Positions 18,027 through 28,385 of a DNA stretch of 64,000 nucleotides are shown piece by piece (position 1 is the stretch's first letter; every line of letters begins with the position of its first letter). Source of the stretch: an uncultured Nitrospiraceae bacterium. Lineage in GTDB: Bacteria; Nitrospirota; Nitrospiria; Nitrospirales; Nitrospiraceae. A model generated the notes under the pieces. That model was not told where the DNA came from. It was given only the letters and a program-made list of their open reading frames with translations, and searched no databases. Made by a program: the position numbers and the translations under genes. Location of the stretch: contig CAWJWJ010000002.1 in NCBI GenBank assembly GCA_963846575.1, positions 1,152,001 through 1,216,000 on the forward strand, in the 5' to 3' direction.

Positions 18027-19444
18027 GCAGCTTCCGCACCCACTTTCGCCTCTATACGGTGGCGCTCATCGCCGCCTTGCTCGGCCTGTTCAACGTGCTC
18101 GTCTATACCGGTTTCCATAGTCTCCTGCAGCAGTATGTGGATGGTCGGCTCTTAGGCTTTGCGGATACGCTGGCCGAGTTGATCGAGCGACGGCCGGCGT
18201 TGCTGACGCGTCCGGACCATGAGATCGTGGTGCCGACGAGGGGCACCCAGCTGCCCGACGAGCGGATGAAAGAACTGCGGGAGTTGTCGCATTCGGTCCA
18301 TGTCCTGGCGTTGGATGGGACTGTTGTATGGAAGGGAAGTGCGGTGCTGCCGAGACCGGCTGTGCACGGCAGCGTCCTGGAACGCGGTAAAAAGGGAGAG
18401 GTGGTCTACGAAACCATCGAGATCTCCACGGGCGCGCCGGTTCGGCAGGTCTTCGTGCCGATCCGGCAGCAGGATGAGGTGCAGTACCTGCTGCAAGCCG
18501 AGGAGTCTCTGGCATTCTTCCGGAGGACGCATCGGAGTCTCATGGGACTGCTCATGCTGGGGTCCGTAGGGGTCCTGGCCGCCTCCTGGTTCGGCAGCGG
18601 TTGGCTGGCCCGCAAGGTGCTTAGTCCTGTCGAGGTCTTGAGCCGGACCGCTGAAAGTATCTCCGAGGCCGCCTTGCGCTCCCGAGTCAATTTGAACGCA
18701 CCGTTCGAAGAGTTCGAATTGCTGGCCCAGGCGTTCAACGCGATGCTTGATCGAATCCAGAAATCCTCCGACGGCCAGCGCCGGTTCATGGATTATGCCG
18801 CGCATGAGATGAAGACCCCGTTGACCGTGATTCAGGGCAACCTCGAGGTGGCCTTACAGCGTTCGCGTTCGGCGGAGGAGTATCGCGATGTGCTGGTTTC
18901 CAACCTCTCACAGGTCCAGCGGCTGATCGTCCTGACGAGGTCGCTCTTGACCCTGGCCCGCTTCGCCGGCGACAGCCCGCCCGTAAAACTGGTGTCGCTT
19001 CCCCTTGCGCCGCTCCTGTGTGAGTTGATCGAGGATCTGACGCCGGTGGCCGAAGACCGGCGCATCCGGCTGGTTCTGGAGCAGGAACCGGTCAGGCCGG
19101 TGCTCGGCGATGCAGAGCGGTTGAACCAGGTGTTTATCAATCTGTTGGACAACGCGCTGCGGTACACGGGACTGGGAGGAACGGTGACGGTTCGTCTGAC
19201 CGGTTCCCACGACCAAGTGCAGGTGGCCGTGAATGATACGGGTGAAGGGATCGCCCGGGAGCACCTCCCGCTGCTCTTCGAGCGGTTTTACCGGACCGAT
19301 CCGGTACGAGCCGGGGACCTGTCGGGCCACGGCCTCGGGCTCCCGATCGTCAAGGAAATCGCCACGGCTCATCACGGATCTATTACAGTTGAAAGCGAGG
19401 TCGGCAAGGGCTCGACATTCACGTTGACCTTGCCCGCCGCCTGA
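18023..19444 (+). CDS. Sensor histidine kinase (2 TM, HAMP, HisKA, HATPase)
   Basis: H-box AHEMKTPL, N-box NLLDNALRY, DTGEGI, FERFYR, GHGLGL. Overlaps the regulator stop (GTGA). Confidence 0.95.
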   Translation: MSSFRTHFRLYTVALIAALLGLFNVLVYTGFHSLLQQYVDGRLLGFADTLAELIERRPALLTRPDHEIVVPTRGTQLPDERMKELRELSHSVHVLALDGTVVWKGSAVLPRPAVHGSVLERGKKGEVVYETIEISTGAPVRQVFVPIRQQDEVQYLLQAEESLAFFRRTHRSLMGLLMLGSVGVLAASWFGSGWLARKVLSPVEVLSRTAESISEAALRSRVNLNAPFEEFELLAQAFNAMLDRIQKSSDGQRRFMDYAAHEMKTPLTVIQGNLEVALQRSRSAEEYRDVLVSNLSQVQRLIVLTRSLLTLARFAGDSPPVKLVSLPLAPLLCELIEDLTPVAEDRRIRLVLEQEPVRPVLGDAERLNQVFINLLDNALRYTGLGGTVTVRLTGSHDQVQVAVNDTGEGIAREHLPLLFERFYRTDPVRAGDLSGHGLGLPIVKEIATAHHGSITVESEVGKGSTFTLTLPAA

Positions 19445-19539
19445 ACGTCCCGCTCTACCCGATCCCTGCTCATCGTACGATCGACTGCGTCATCTCCCTC
19501 TCTTCCGGTGAATCTCCCCGGGTCCCATATGAACGATTC

Positions 19540-19582
19540 TTCATGTGCCTTTCACCACCGGTTCATGTTGCCTGGTTATAGT
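19540..19582 (+). promoter_or_regulatory. Triple TTCAY repeat (11-bp period) followed by a TATAGT -10 element
   Basis: TTCAT 19540, TTCAC 19551, TTCAT 19562, TATAGT 19577-19582. Confidence 0.65.
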
Positions 19583-19643
19583 GTGATCAGGACGGGCGCA
19601 TCAGGACGATCCCGCCGCGAATAGAGTTCTAAAAGGTGACGGA

Positions 19644-19754
19644 ATGAAGCATCGACGAGCCATGGTACCGGCCACGCTTCTGCTGTGGTTGATCATGTTG
19701 GCAATGGGAGTCATGGTTTTCTGGGGGTTGTCCCTGCTGGATCTCTCCGAATAG
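19644..19754 (+). CDS. Small single-pass membrane peptide (36 aa)
   Basis: AAGGTG RBS; MKHRRAMVPATLLLWLIMLAMGVMVFWGLSLLDLSE*. It is the first ORF after the repeat-box promoter. Confidence 0.55.
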   Translation: MKHRRAMVPATLLLWLIMLAMGVMVFWGLSLLDLSE

Positions 19755-19846
19755 GGAGCGGATTCCGTCGCGACGCAGGGAGCGCGAAGGACGGGGGCGT
19801 GACATGTTGACGCTGTCGGAGAGAGGGCAAGTACAGGAGTACCGGT

Positions 19847-20263
19847 ATGAATCGTCGCGATATCTCTATCACCGAACTCGATCTCACTCGTCTGAGAGAT
19901 GTATTGGCTGCTCGCCTCAAGGGCGCGGCGCGGGATCGCGAGCATCTCAATCACTTGGCGTATGAGCTCGATCACGCGCATGTCGTCGCCCCTTCCGCCA
20001 TTCCTCATGATGTGGTCACGATGAATTCCAAGGTCCGGATCGAAGACGTGGAGACAGGCCTGGAGACCACCTATACCCTGGTCTTCCCCTCTGAGGCCCG
20101 GATCCCGGACAGGAAACTCTCGGTCCTCGCTCCGATCGGAACCGCCTTGCTGGGGAGCAGAGCAGGACGGACTGTCGACTGGCCGGCACCGGCCGGCCTG
20201 CGTACCGTCCTGGTCAAGGAAGTGCTCTATCAGCCGGAGGCCGCGGGCGATTACCATCTCTAG
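19847..20263 (+). CDS. rnk: Regulator of nucleoside diphosphate kinase (GreA/GreB-related)
   Basis: ITELD..RL, EL.HA.VV...IP.DVVTMNS.V, TLVFP, SVLAPIGTALLG, VLYQPEAAG. Confidence 0.92.
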   Translation: MNRRDISITELDLTRLRDVLAARLKGAARDREHLNHLAYELDHAHVVAPSAIPHDVVTMNSKVRIEDVETGLETTYTLVFPSEARIPDRKLSVLAPIGTALLGSRAGRTVDWPAPAGLRTVLVKEVLYQPEAAGDYHL

Positions 20264-20530
20264 GGTATAGGTCGCTGCCGGCAGCCTATCCATGTCTCCC
20301 GGCCATAACCTTGTTCTGCCGGGCGAGGGTGCCGCAGGCCTTCCCACTTCTCCACCCGTTCCCCGTTGCATGCATTGTCGTTGCCGGCTCTCGTGACGCG
20401 CCCGGTCATAGTGCGGTCTTCTGCCACCATGGCCGTCAGACACTGTGGCTAATTGTCCCTGTCGTTCCCTGTGAGCAACTCAACCGCAGTAAAAACGCGA
20501 CATTTCGGACCGGTCCGGGCAGAGCCGGTA

Positions 20531-20546
20531 GGGCACTGCTCTTGCT
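20531..20546 (+). promoter_or_regulatory. Candidate sigma54 promoter upstream of the hydrogenase operon
   Basis: GGGCACTGCTCTTGCT, close to the TGGCAC-N5-TTGC consensus. Confidence 0.6.
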
Positions 20547-20666
20547 GCCGTGGATCTCTAGTGGCTCCGCTGTGGAACGCCGCGTGCGTGGATCGAGGTG
20601 GAAGGTAACGGGGAGCGGCAGGGGCGCGATCATTCGTCCGGCCGGGAGAAAGAGACGGGATATCTC

Positions 20667-20891
20667 ATGAAGGGCGAGGGCTGGTTCGCCGCATTTCTCC
20701 GTGAAGTGATCAGTATGCCGCGCCGGCATGTACTGGTGTTTCTCCTCGCGACCTTTTTGCTGGTTGTCGTGGAAGTCGAGCTGGTCGAAGGGTGGCATCT
20801 CATTCATCTGGCGGAACTCGTGGGCGCGATGGTCTTTCTCTATCTCCTCGCTGCGGCCTGGCGTACCCGCGGCAGTCAGATGAGCGGGTGA
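20667..20891 (+). CDS. Small two-TM membrane protein
   Basis: MKGEGWFAAFLREV...HVLVFLLATFLLVVVE...LVGAMVFLYLLAAAW. Confidence 0.6.
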   Translation: MKGEGWFAAFLREVISMPRRHVLVFLLATFLLVVVEVELVEGWHLIHLAELVGAMVFLYLLAAAWRTRGSQMSG

Positions 20892-21002
20892 TCAGATGTG
20901 GGTTGTGCCCCGATCTCCCGGTTCAAGGGAAGGGTACATGGCCCGAACGGCTAAACGGAATGTTGCCGGGACAGTTGAAGCGAGACCTAAAATACCATTT
21001 CA

Positions 21003-22151
21003 ATGGCCAAGTCAACTAACGGGCACAGCGACAGATTACCTAAAGCATCACTTCAACACCTGATCGATGTCCTGTGTGCGAAGGGATATCGTGTGGTGGG
21101 CCCGGTCCCGCGGGATGGGGCGGTGCTGTGGGACACCATCAGGACGGTCTCGGACCTGCCCGTCGGCTGGCGCGATGAGCAGGAGCCCGGCCGTTACCGC
21201 CTGGAGCAGACCGACGCGACGCGTGTCTTCGGTGTCGTGCACGGGCCGCAATCTCTGAAGCCGCTGACGTTTGCTCCGCGGGAACCGTTGCTCGTGATCG
21301 AGCGCAGGAATGGACAGGTCTCGGCTCAGCCGACCCTGCCGAAGGAGGAGCAGGTGGCGGTCCTCGGCGCGCGGGCCTGCGATCTGGCCGGGCTCGCAAT
21401 ACAGGACGACATCTTTTTACACGACGCCTATCGGGATCCCTACTATCAGGCGCGCCGCGACGGGCTGTTTCTGATCGGGGTGAACTGCACGCGCGCGCTC
21501 AGTACCTGTTTTTGTGCCTCGCTGAACAGCGGTCCCCGTGTGCGTGCGGGTTTTGATCTGGCCCTGACCGAAATGGATGACCTGTTTCTCGTGGAGGGAG
21601 GGAGCGAGGCGGGCATGGAGATCCTCCGCGCGTTGTCGCTCGAGCCGGCATCGGCCGCGCAGGTCCGTGAAGCCGACGCGCAGATCGAGGCATGCGCCGG
21701 CAGCCAGGCGCGGCGATTGGACCAATCCGCGCTCCCGCAGGCGCTCTATGAGGCGCACGAACATCCCCGGTGGGACGACGTCGCGGCCCGGTGCCTCGCC
21801 TGCGGGAACTGCACGATGGTCTGCCCGACCTGTTTCTGCCACGCCGTGGAGGAGGTGCCGGATCTGACGCAACGACGTACTGAGCACAGCCGGGTCTGGG
21901 ATTCCTGTTTCACGCGGGAGCACGGGTACATTCACGGCAAAAATATCCGTCCGACGATCAAGGACCGCTATCGCATGTGGCTCACGCACAAGCTGGCGTC
22001 GTGGATCGATCAGTTCGGGACCTCCGGCTGCACCGGCTGCGGGCGCTGCATCACCTGGTGCCCGGTCGGGATCGATTTGACCGAGGAACTGCCGGCTCTG
22101 TTGACGCTGAAGCCCCCGGCCCCTGCCGGGGAGAGGCCGGGCCGGGCATGA
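21003..22151 (+). CDS. hydB: Group 3b [NiFe]-hydrogenase (sulfhydrogenase) beta subunit, 4Fe-4S
   Basis: GARACDL, NC......[41 protein letters not shown]. Confidence 0.93.
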   Translation: MAKSTNGHSDRLPKASLQHLIDVLCAKGYRVVGPVPRDGAVLWDTIRTVSDLPVGWRDEQEPGRYRLEQTDATRVFGVVHGPQSLKPLTFAPREPLLVIERRNGQVSAQPTLPKEEQVAVLGARACDLAGLAIQDDIFLHDAYRDPYYQARRDGLFLIGVNCTRALSTCFCASLNSGPRVRAGFDLALTEMDDLFLVEGGSEAGMEILRALSLEPASAAQVREADAQIEACAGSQARRLDQSALPQALYEAHEHPRWDDVAARCLACGNCTMVCPTCFCHAVEEVPDLTQRRTEHSRVWDSCFTREHGYIHGKNIRPTIKDRYRMWLTHKLASWIDQFGTSGCTGCGRCITWCPVGIDLTEELPALLTLKPPAPAGERPGRA

Positions 22152-22227
22152 CACATCCGGCCGGGATCGTCCGGCGGCGGGAGGGAACCTCGCCGCTGAT
22201 GAGGTCCGGTGCCCGGGATAGGGAGGC

Positions 22228-23094
22228 ATGATGTCCGTCTTGCCGGTTGCCGACAGGCCCCGGGACAATCCCTACCTCATCCAGACCGCTACGATCGTGG
22301 GGAAGGTCCGGGAAGCCGAGAGTATCGACACCTATCGCTTGCGTTTCGTCGATGAGCGGGTCCGGCGAACCTACCGGTTCGCGGCCGGCCAGTTCAACAT
22401 GGTGTATCTCTTCGGCGTCGGCGAGGTGGCGATCTCCATCGTATCGGACCCGGACGAGCCGGAGTCGCTGGACCACACCATCCGCGTGGTCGGACGGGTG
22501 ACGCAGGCCATCGCCCGGTTGCAGGCCGGCGATCAACTCGGCATCCGCGGGCCGTTCGGGCAGGGGTGGCCGCTCGATGAGGCGCAGGGCAAGGATGTGG
22601 TGATCGTGACCGGCGGACTGGGCTGCGCGCCGGTCGTCGGCGCCATCGAATATATCTTCCGCCGGCGAGGGCACTATGGAACCGTGAAGATCCTGCACGG
22701 GGTCAAGACTCCGCACGACCTGCTGTTTCGCGAACGGTTCGATGCCTGGCGGCGGCACCCGGATACCGAGGTGCTGTTGACCAGCGACCAGCCCGACAAG
22801 ACCTGGCACTATCACGTCGGCGTCGTAACGGAACTCTTCGAGCAGGTCGCGGTGAATCCGGCAGGCACCATGGTGCTGATGTGCGGACCGGAGATCATGA
22901 TGCGCCTGGGGGTGCCGATTCTGATTCAACGGGGCATCCCGGAGACCGCGATCTACGTGTCGCTCGAGCGGCATATGGAATGCGGGATCGGCCTCTGCGG
23001 CCATTGCCAACTGGGGCCCTACTTTCTCTGCAAAGACGGCCCGGTCATGCGGTATGACCGGGTGATGCCATGGTTGGGCAAAGCGGGGGTCTGA
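22228..23094 (+). CDS. hydG: Group 3b hydrogenase gamma subunit (FAD/NAD(P)-binding, 2Fe-2S)
   Basis: [45 protein letters not shown]...CKDGPV. Confidence 0.93.
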   Translation: MMSVLPVADRPRDNPYLIQTATIVGKVREAESIDTYRLRFVDERVRRTYRFAAGQFNMVYLFGVGEVAISIVSDPDEPESLDHTIRVVGRVTQAIARLQAGDQLGIRGPFGQGWPLDEAQGKDVVIVTGGLGCAPVVGAIEYIFRRRGHYGTVKILHGVKTPHDLLFRERFDAWRRHPDTEVLLTSDQPDKTWHYHVGVVTELFEQVAVNPAGTMVLMCGPEIMMRLGVPILIQRGIPETAIYVSLERHMECGIGLCGHCQLGPYFLCKDGPVMRYDRVMPWLGKAGV

Positions 23095-23114
23095 AGCGAG
23101 GGAGGCCGATCAGG

Positions 23115-23963
23115 ATGGACGATCGTCTCGACCAGCATGGCATGGATGCGAATCAGCCGACGCGGCCCAGGCTCGGCGTCTTCAAATTCGCCTCCTGCGA
23201 CGGCTGCCAGCTCAGTATTCTGAACCTCGAAGACGATCTGCTCGCCCTGGGGAAAATGTTGGACATCGCCTACTTCCCCGAAGCTTCCAGCCGCATGAAA
23301 GAGGGGCCCTACGACATCGCGCTGGTGGAAGGTTCCATCACGACGCCGGAGGATGCGCATCGGATTCTGTCCGTGCGGAAACAAGCCACCTTTCTGATGA
23401 CGATCGGCGCCTGCGCCACGGCGGGCGGGATTCAAGCTTTGCGCAACTGGACGGATGTCGAAGCCTTCAAGCGGGTCGTGTATCCGAGTCCTCAGTATAT
23501 CCGGAGCCTCAGCCTGTCGACGCCCATCTCGGAACATGTGCGGGTGGACTTCGAACTGTGGGGCTGTCCCGTCGACAAAACACAATTGCTGAGGGTGATC
23601 ACCGATCTGTTGGCCGGAGTCGCCCCGCGCCTGCCGACGGAGAGTCTCTGCATCGATTGTAAACGCCGGGGGAACGTTTGCGTGATGGTCGCCAGGGGGA
23701 TTCCCTGTCTCGGGCCGGTGACGCGGACCGGGTGCGGCGCGATCTGCCCCGCCATGGGCAGGGACTGTTACGGCTGTTTCGGGCCGGCGGAGGGACCGCA
23801 TGGGGGTCTCGGACTGCCCCCCAACACGGCCTCATTGGCCGGTCGGTTCCATCGGGGTCTTCAGCTCATTCCGACCGAGGTCCTGCGCCGGTTTCGCGGG
23901 ATCAACGGCTCCGTCAGACCGTTTCGCGAGGAGAGTCGGGCCTGGGACCGTGACGAGGGATGA
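23115..23963 (+). CDS. hydD: Group 3b hydrogenase delta (small) subunit
   Basis: KFASCDGCQ, LVEGSITT, GACATAGG, GCP, CIDC...CV, CLGPVTRTGCGAICP...CYGCFG. Confidence 0.93.
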   Translation: MDDRLDQHGMDANQPTRPRLGVFKFASCDGCQLSILNLEDDLLALGKMLDIAYFPEASSRMKEGPYDIALVEGSITTPEDAHRILSVRKQATFLMTIGACATAGGIQALRNWTDVEAFKRVVYPSPQYIRSLSLSTPISEHVRVDFELWGCPVDKTQLLRVITDLLAGVAPRLPTESLCIDCKRRGNVCVMVARGIPCLGPVTRTGCGAICPAMGRDCYGCFGPAEGPHGGLGLPPNTASLAGRFHRGLQLIPTEVLRRFRGINGSVRPFREESRAWDRDEG

Positions 23964-24005
23964 TGCGCGTGATCAGATCCGAACAACTCATGGAGCCTGT
24001 CCGTC

Positions 24006-25313
24006 ATGAGTGACTCACAGCAGAGCGGCACCAGAACTATCGCGGTCGATATCCTGGCGCGGGTCGAGGGTGAAGGCGCCCTCCGGGCTACCGTAAAAGA
24101 CGGTGTCGTACAGGACGTCGAGCTGAAGATCTTCGAGCCGCCGCGTTTCTTTGAGGCGTTCTTGCAGGGGCGGCATTATGACGAGGTGCCGGATATCGTC
24201 GCGCGTATTTGCGGCATCTGCCCCGTGGCGTACCAGATGAGCGCCGTCCACGCATTGGAGCAGATCTTCGGGGTGAGGCTGGAGGGGGCGTTGCGCGATC
24301 TGCGGCGGTTGCTGTACTGCGGCGAATGGATCGAAAGCCACACGCTCCACATCTATATGCTCCATGCACCGGACTTTCTCGGTTATGCCGGCGCCATCGC
24401 GATGGCCAAGGACCATGCGGAGGTCGTGACGCGCGGGCTGCGGCTCAAGAAAGCCGGCAATGCCCTGATGACCCTGTTGGGCGGCCGTTCCGTGCATCCG
24501 GTCTCGGTCAAGGTCGGCGGGTTTTCACGCGTGCCGTTGCGCCGGGAACTGGAGGCGCTGAAAGACGAATTCCTCTGGGCGCGTGATGCGGCGGTAGAGA
24601 CCGTCCGCTGGGCAGGGGGGTTCGACTATCCGGATTTTTCACAGAACTATGTCTTCGTCGCCCTGCATCCTCCGGATGAGTATCCGTTCAATGAAGGCCC
24701 GATCCTGTCCAGTGGCGGCCTGAAGATTACGGCTGTGGAGTTCGAGCAACACTTCAAGGAGGAGCAGGCGCCCTATTCCACCGCGCTGCAATGCAGGCTC
24801 AACGGAAGCAGTTATCTGGTGGGGCCGTTGGCGCGGGTCAACCTCAACCACCACCACTTGTCGCCGCTGGCGAAGCAGGTCCTGACAGACACCGGGTTGG
24901 CGTTCCCCCTGGGCAACCCCTTTCATGCGGTGATCGCCCGGTCGCTTGAAGTGCTGTACGCGATCGAGGAGACGCTGCGGATCATCGAGAGTTATGAGCC
25001 GCCGCCGTTCCCATCGGTGCCCGTGGTTGTTCGCTCCGGTGTGGGCATGGCCTGTACGGAAGCGCCGCGAGGACTCCTCTATCACCGGTATCGGGTGGAG
25101 GGTGACGGCGTGATCCGCGACGCGACGATCGTGGCGCCCACCTCGCAGAATCAGCGGCGGATCGAAGATGATCTGCGTGCCTATCTGCCCCGGGTCCTGG
25201 ATCTCTCGAACGAGGAGGCGGCGCTGGGATGTGAAAAGGTCATCCGCTGTTACGACCCCTGCATCTCCTGCGCGACGCATTTCCTGCGCCTGGACATCCG
25301 GCGTGAGGAATGA
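24006..25313 (+). CDS. hydA: Group 3b [NiFe]-hydrogenase alpha (large) subunit
   Basis: RVEGEG, EPPRFFE, L1 motif [18 protein letters not shown] and L2 motif DPCISCATH with a cleavable C-terminal extension. Confidence 0.96.
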   Translation: MSDSQQSGTRTIAVDILARVEGEGALRATVKDGVVQDVELKIFEPPRFFEAFLQGRHYDEVPDIVARICGICPVAYQMSAVHALEQIFGVRLEGALRDLRRLLYCGEWIESHTLHIYMLHAPDFLGYAGAIAMAKDHAEVVTRGLRLKKAGNALMTLLGGRSVHPVSVKVGGFSRVPLRRELEALKDEFLWARDAAVETVRWAGGFDYPDFSQNYVFVALHPPDEYPFNEGPILSSGGLKITAVEFEQHFKEEQAPYSTALQCRLNGSSYLVGPLARVNLNHHHLSPLAKQVLTDTGLAFPLGNPFHAVIARSLEVLYAIEETLRIIESYEPPPFPSVPVVVRSGVGMACTEAPRGLLYHRYRVEGDGVIRDATIVAPTSQNQRRIEDDLRAYLPRVLDLSNEEAALGCEKVIRCYDPCISCATHFLRLDIRREE

Positions 25314-25316
25314 GGC

Positions 25317-25814
25317 GTGACAGGATCCGGCAGAGGACTGTCCGCGCGCATCATCGGCATCGGCAATCTGTTCCGAAGCGATGACGCGGCCGGGTTGCTC
25401 GCTGCGCGGCGATTGAAAGACCTGGTAGGCGATCGGGCTGAAGTCATGGAGGCGGATCCGGGCGGACTCGACCTGCTTGATTTGATGGCAGATGCTTCAA
25501 CCCTCATCCTGATCGACGCGGCGAGGAGCGGCCGGCCGCCCGGAACCATCCAACGTCTCGATGCGTCCGCCGGTCCCGTGTCCGGAGGCCTGTTCCCGCA
25601 TTCGTCGCATGCCTTCACTGCCCTGGACGCGATCGAGTTGGGCCGCACCCTCGGTCTGCTTCCGCCTCGCGTGATCGTCTTTGGAGTAGAGGTCGGCGAC
25701 ACGGGGACCGGTCTGGCACTGTCACCGGGGGGCCGGCTTGGATTGGATCGGGTCGTCGAGGAGGTTCTGCGTGAGGTGGAGGGGCCGGCCTGCCCGGATG
25801 GCCCCGAGGGTTGA
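25317..25814 (+). CDS. Hydrogenase maturation endopeptidase
   Basis: IIGIGNLFRSDDAAG, ILIDAA..G..PG, SSH. Confidence 0.9.
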   Translation: MTGSGRGLSARIIGIGNLFRSDDAAGLLAARRLKDLVGDRAEVMEADPGGLDLLDLMADASTLILIDAARSGRPPGTIQRLDASAGPVSGGLFPHSSHAFTALDAIELGRTLGLLPPRVIVFGVEVGDTGTGLALSPGGRLGLDRVVEEVLREVEGPACPDGPEG

Positions 25815-25941
25815 AGCGGCGAGGTTCGAGGTCGCGTGTGATCGGCCTCGTGTGCCGCCCCGGCGGCGGACCGATGCTGCAAGGCAGCGTACGGGTGGTC
25901 CGGATCGCCGGCCGGTCTTCGCCCGTTCGAAGGAGGATGGC

Positions 25942-28364
25942 ATGGCAACAGGGACAGGGACTCCGCTCGTGAAATGGTTTGACGAACTCGGCATCGGGGA
26001 CGTGCCGCTGGTCGGGGGAAAAACGCGTCGCTGGGGGAAATGTACCGCGAGCTGGCCGGCCAGGGGGTCAAGGTCCCCAACGGGTTCGCCGTCACGGCGG
26101 AAGGGTACCGGCTCTTCCTGAGGGAGGCGGACCTCGGCGCGTCCATCCGGTCGATGCTCCGCGATCTGGACACGGGCGATCTCAATAATCTCCGGCAGCG
26201 CGGCAGGCAGGTGCGGCAGGCGATGATGGGTGCATCCTTCCCGACGGCGCTGGCCCACGCCATCACGGACGCCTACGACCGGCTGAGCGAAGGGCAGCCC
26301 GAGCCCCTGGATGTGGCGGTCCGCAGCAGCGCCACCGCCGAAGACCTGCCGGACGCGAGCTTTGCCGGACAGCAGGAGACCTATCTGAACGTGCGTGGGA
26401 CATCGCTCGCTGCTCGAGCATTGCAAGCGCTGTTTCGCCTCCTTGTTTACCGATCGGGCCATCTCCTACCGGACGGACAAGGGGTTCGACCATGTCAAGA
26501 TCGCGCTGTCGATCGGCGTCCAGCGGATGGTGCGGTCGGATCTGGCTGCTTCAGGCGTCATGTTCTCGATCGACACCGAGACAGGATTCCGCGAGGCCGT
26601 GTTGATCAACGCGGCCTACGGCCTCGGTGAAAACGTGGTTCAGGGAACCGTCAACCCCGATGAATATTACGTGTTCAAGCCGACGCTCAAACAGGGGTTC
26701 CGGCCCATCCTGCAGAAAATGCTCGGCACCAAGGAATTCAAGCTCGTCTATGACGTCGGCGGCGGCAAGATGGTCAAGAACCTGCCGGTGTCGCCGGAAG
26801 ACCGGTCGCGGTTCGCCGTGACGGACGACGAGATTCTGACCCTCGCCCGCTGGGCCTGCACCATTGAAGACCACTACAGCGCGAAGCGGGGAAGCCCGAG
26901 CCCGATGGACATGGAGTGGGCCAAGGACGGCCTGACCGGCGACCTGTTCATCGTCCAGGCCAGGCCTGAAACCGTTCAGTCCCGCAAGACGGGCGAGACG
27001 TTGGAAACCTATCACCTGCAGGAGCGGGGCCCGGTGCTGGTGACGGGCCGCAGCGTGGGCGAAAAGATCGCGGCAGGGGCCGGTCCGCGTGATCAAGCAG
27101 GTCCAACAGATTCACGAATTCAAGCCCGGCGAGGTGCTCGTGACCGACAAGACCGATCCCGACTGGGAACCCATCATGAAAAAGGCGCGCGCGATCGTCA
27201 CGAACCGCGGCGGCCGGACCTGCCATGCCGCCATCGTCAGCCGGGAACTGGGCCTGCCGGCCATCGTGGGCAGCGAGCGGGGCACGGATCTGCTCCATGA
27301 CGGGCAGGACGTGACCGTGTCCTGCGCCGAAGGCGATATCGGGTACGTCTATGAAGGGCAGCTCCCGTTTCACGTGGAGCGGCTGGATGTGAAAGGGTTC
27401 GGACGGCCGAAGACCAGGATCATGATGAATGTGGCGAGCCCCGAAGAGGCTTTCGGCTTGTCGTTTCTCCCCAACGACGGGGTCGGGCTCGCCAGGGAAG
27501 AGTTCATCATCAGTACGTACATCAAAGTGCATCCCATGGCGCTCGTCGATTTCGATCGGCTCGAGGATCCCTCCCTCAAGGCCGAGATCGAACGGATTAC
27601 CGCCGGCTACGTGGATAAGCCCGCACTTCTTCGTCGACAAGCTGGCCCAGGGGGTGGCGATGATCGCGGCCGCCTTCTACCCCAAGGACGTGATCGTGCG
27701 GCTCAGCGATTTCAAGACCAACGAATATGCGGACCTCGTGGGCGGGCGCCGCTACGAACCCGAGGAGGAAAATCCGATGCTCGGATTCCGCGGGGCCTCC
27801 CGCTATTACGACCCGCGCTACCGCGAGGGGTTCGCGTTGGAATGCCGGGCGATGGCCCGGGTCCGGGACGACATGGGGCTGACCAACGTGAAACTCATGA
27901 TGCCGTTCTGCCGCACGCTCGAGGAGGGGCGCCTGGTGCTGGCCGAGATGGCGCGCCACGGCCTGACGCGCGGGCACAACGGGCTCGAGGTCTATGTCAT
28001 GTGCGAGATCCCGAGCAACGTGATCCTCGCCGAGGAGTTTGCGGAGATCTTCGACGGGTTTTCCATCGGCTCGAATGACCTCACGCAGCTGGTCCTCGGG
28101 GTGGATCGCGATTCCGGGATCGTCGCGCACCTGTTCGACGAACGGAACGAGGCGGTGAAGACAATGCTGGCGGCGGTGATCCGGACGGTCAAAACGAAGG
28201 GGCGGAAGATCGGCATCTGCGGGCAGGCGCCGAGCGATTATCCCGAGTTCGCCCGTTTTCTCGTCGACCAGGGCATCGACAGCATCTCGTTGAACCCGGA
28301 CAGCGTCATCAAGACCGCCCTGGCGGTGCTGGAGCAGGAACGGAGCCGGGCGAGCCGGACATAA
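25942..28364 (+). pseudogene. ppsA: Phosphoenolpyruvate synthase interrupted by four frameshifts (pseudogene or sequencing error)
   Basis: Consecutive PpsA motifs lie in five frame segments: [81 protein letters not shown]. Shifts at ~26019-26023, 26397-26399, 27076-27079 and 27620-27622. Confidence 0.9.
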
Positions 28365-28385
28365 CGTCACAGGACCAGGAGGGGG

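Noticed and set aside
20292..20480. Possible broken Cys/His-rich small gene (CMHCRC...FCHHG) after rnk
   Set aside because: The fragments lie in different frames with no clear RBS, and the region more plausibly holds upstream elements of the sigma54 promoter.
23960..24013. 17-codon ORF bridging hydD and hydA
   Set aside because: Too short to distinguish from chance, and its overlap with hydA is not a clean coupling motif.
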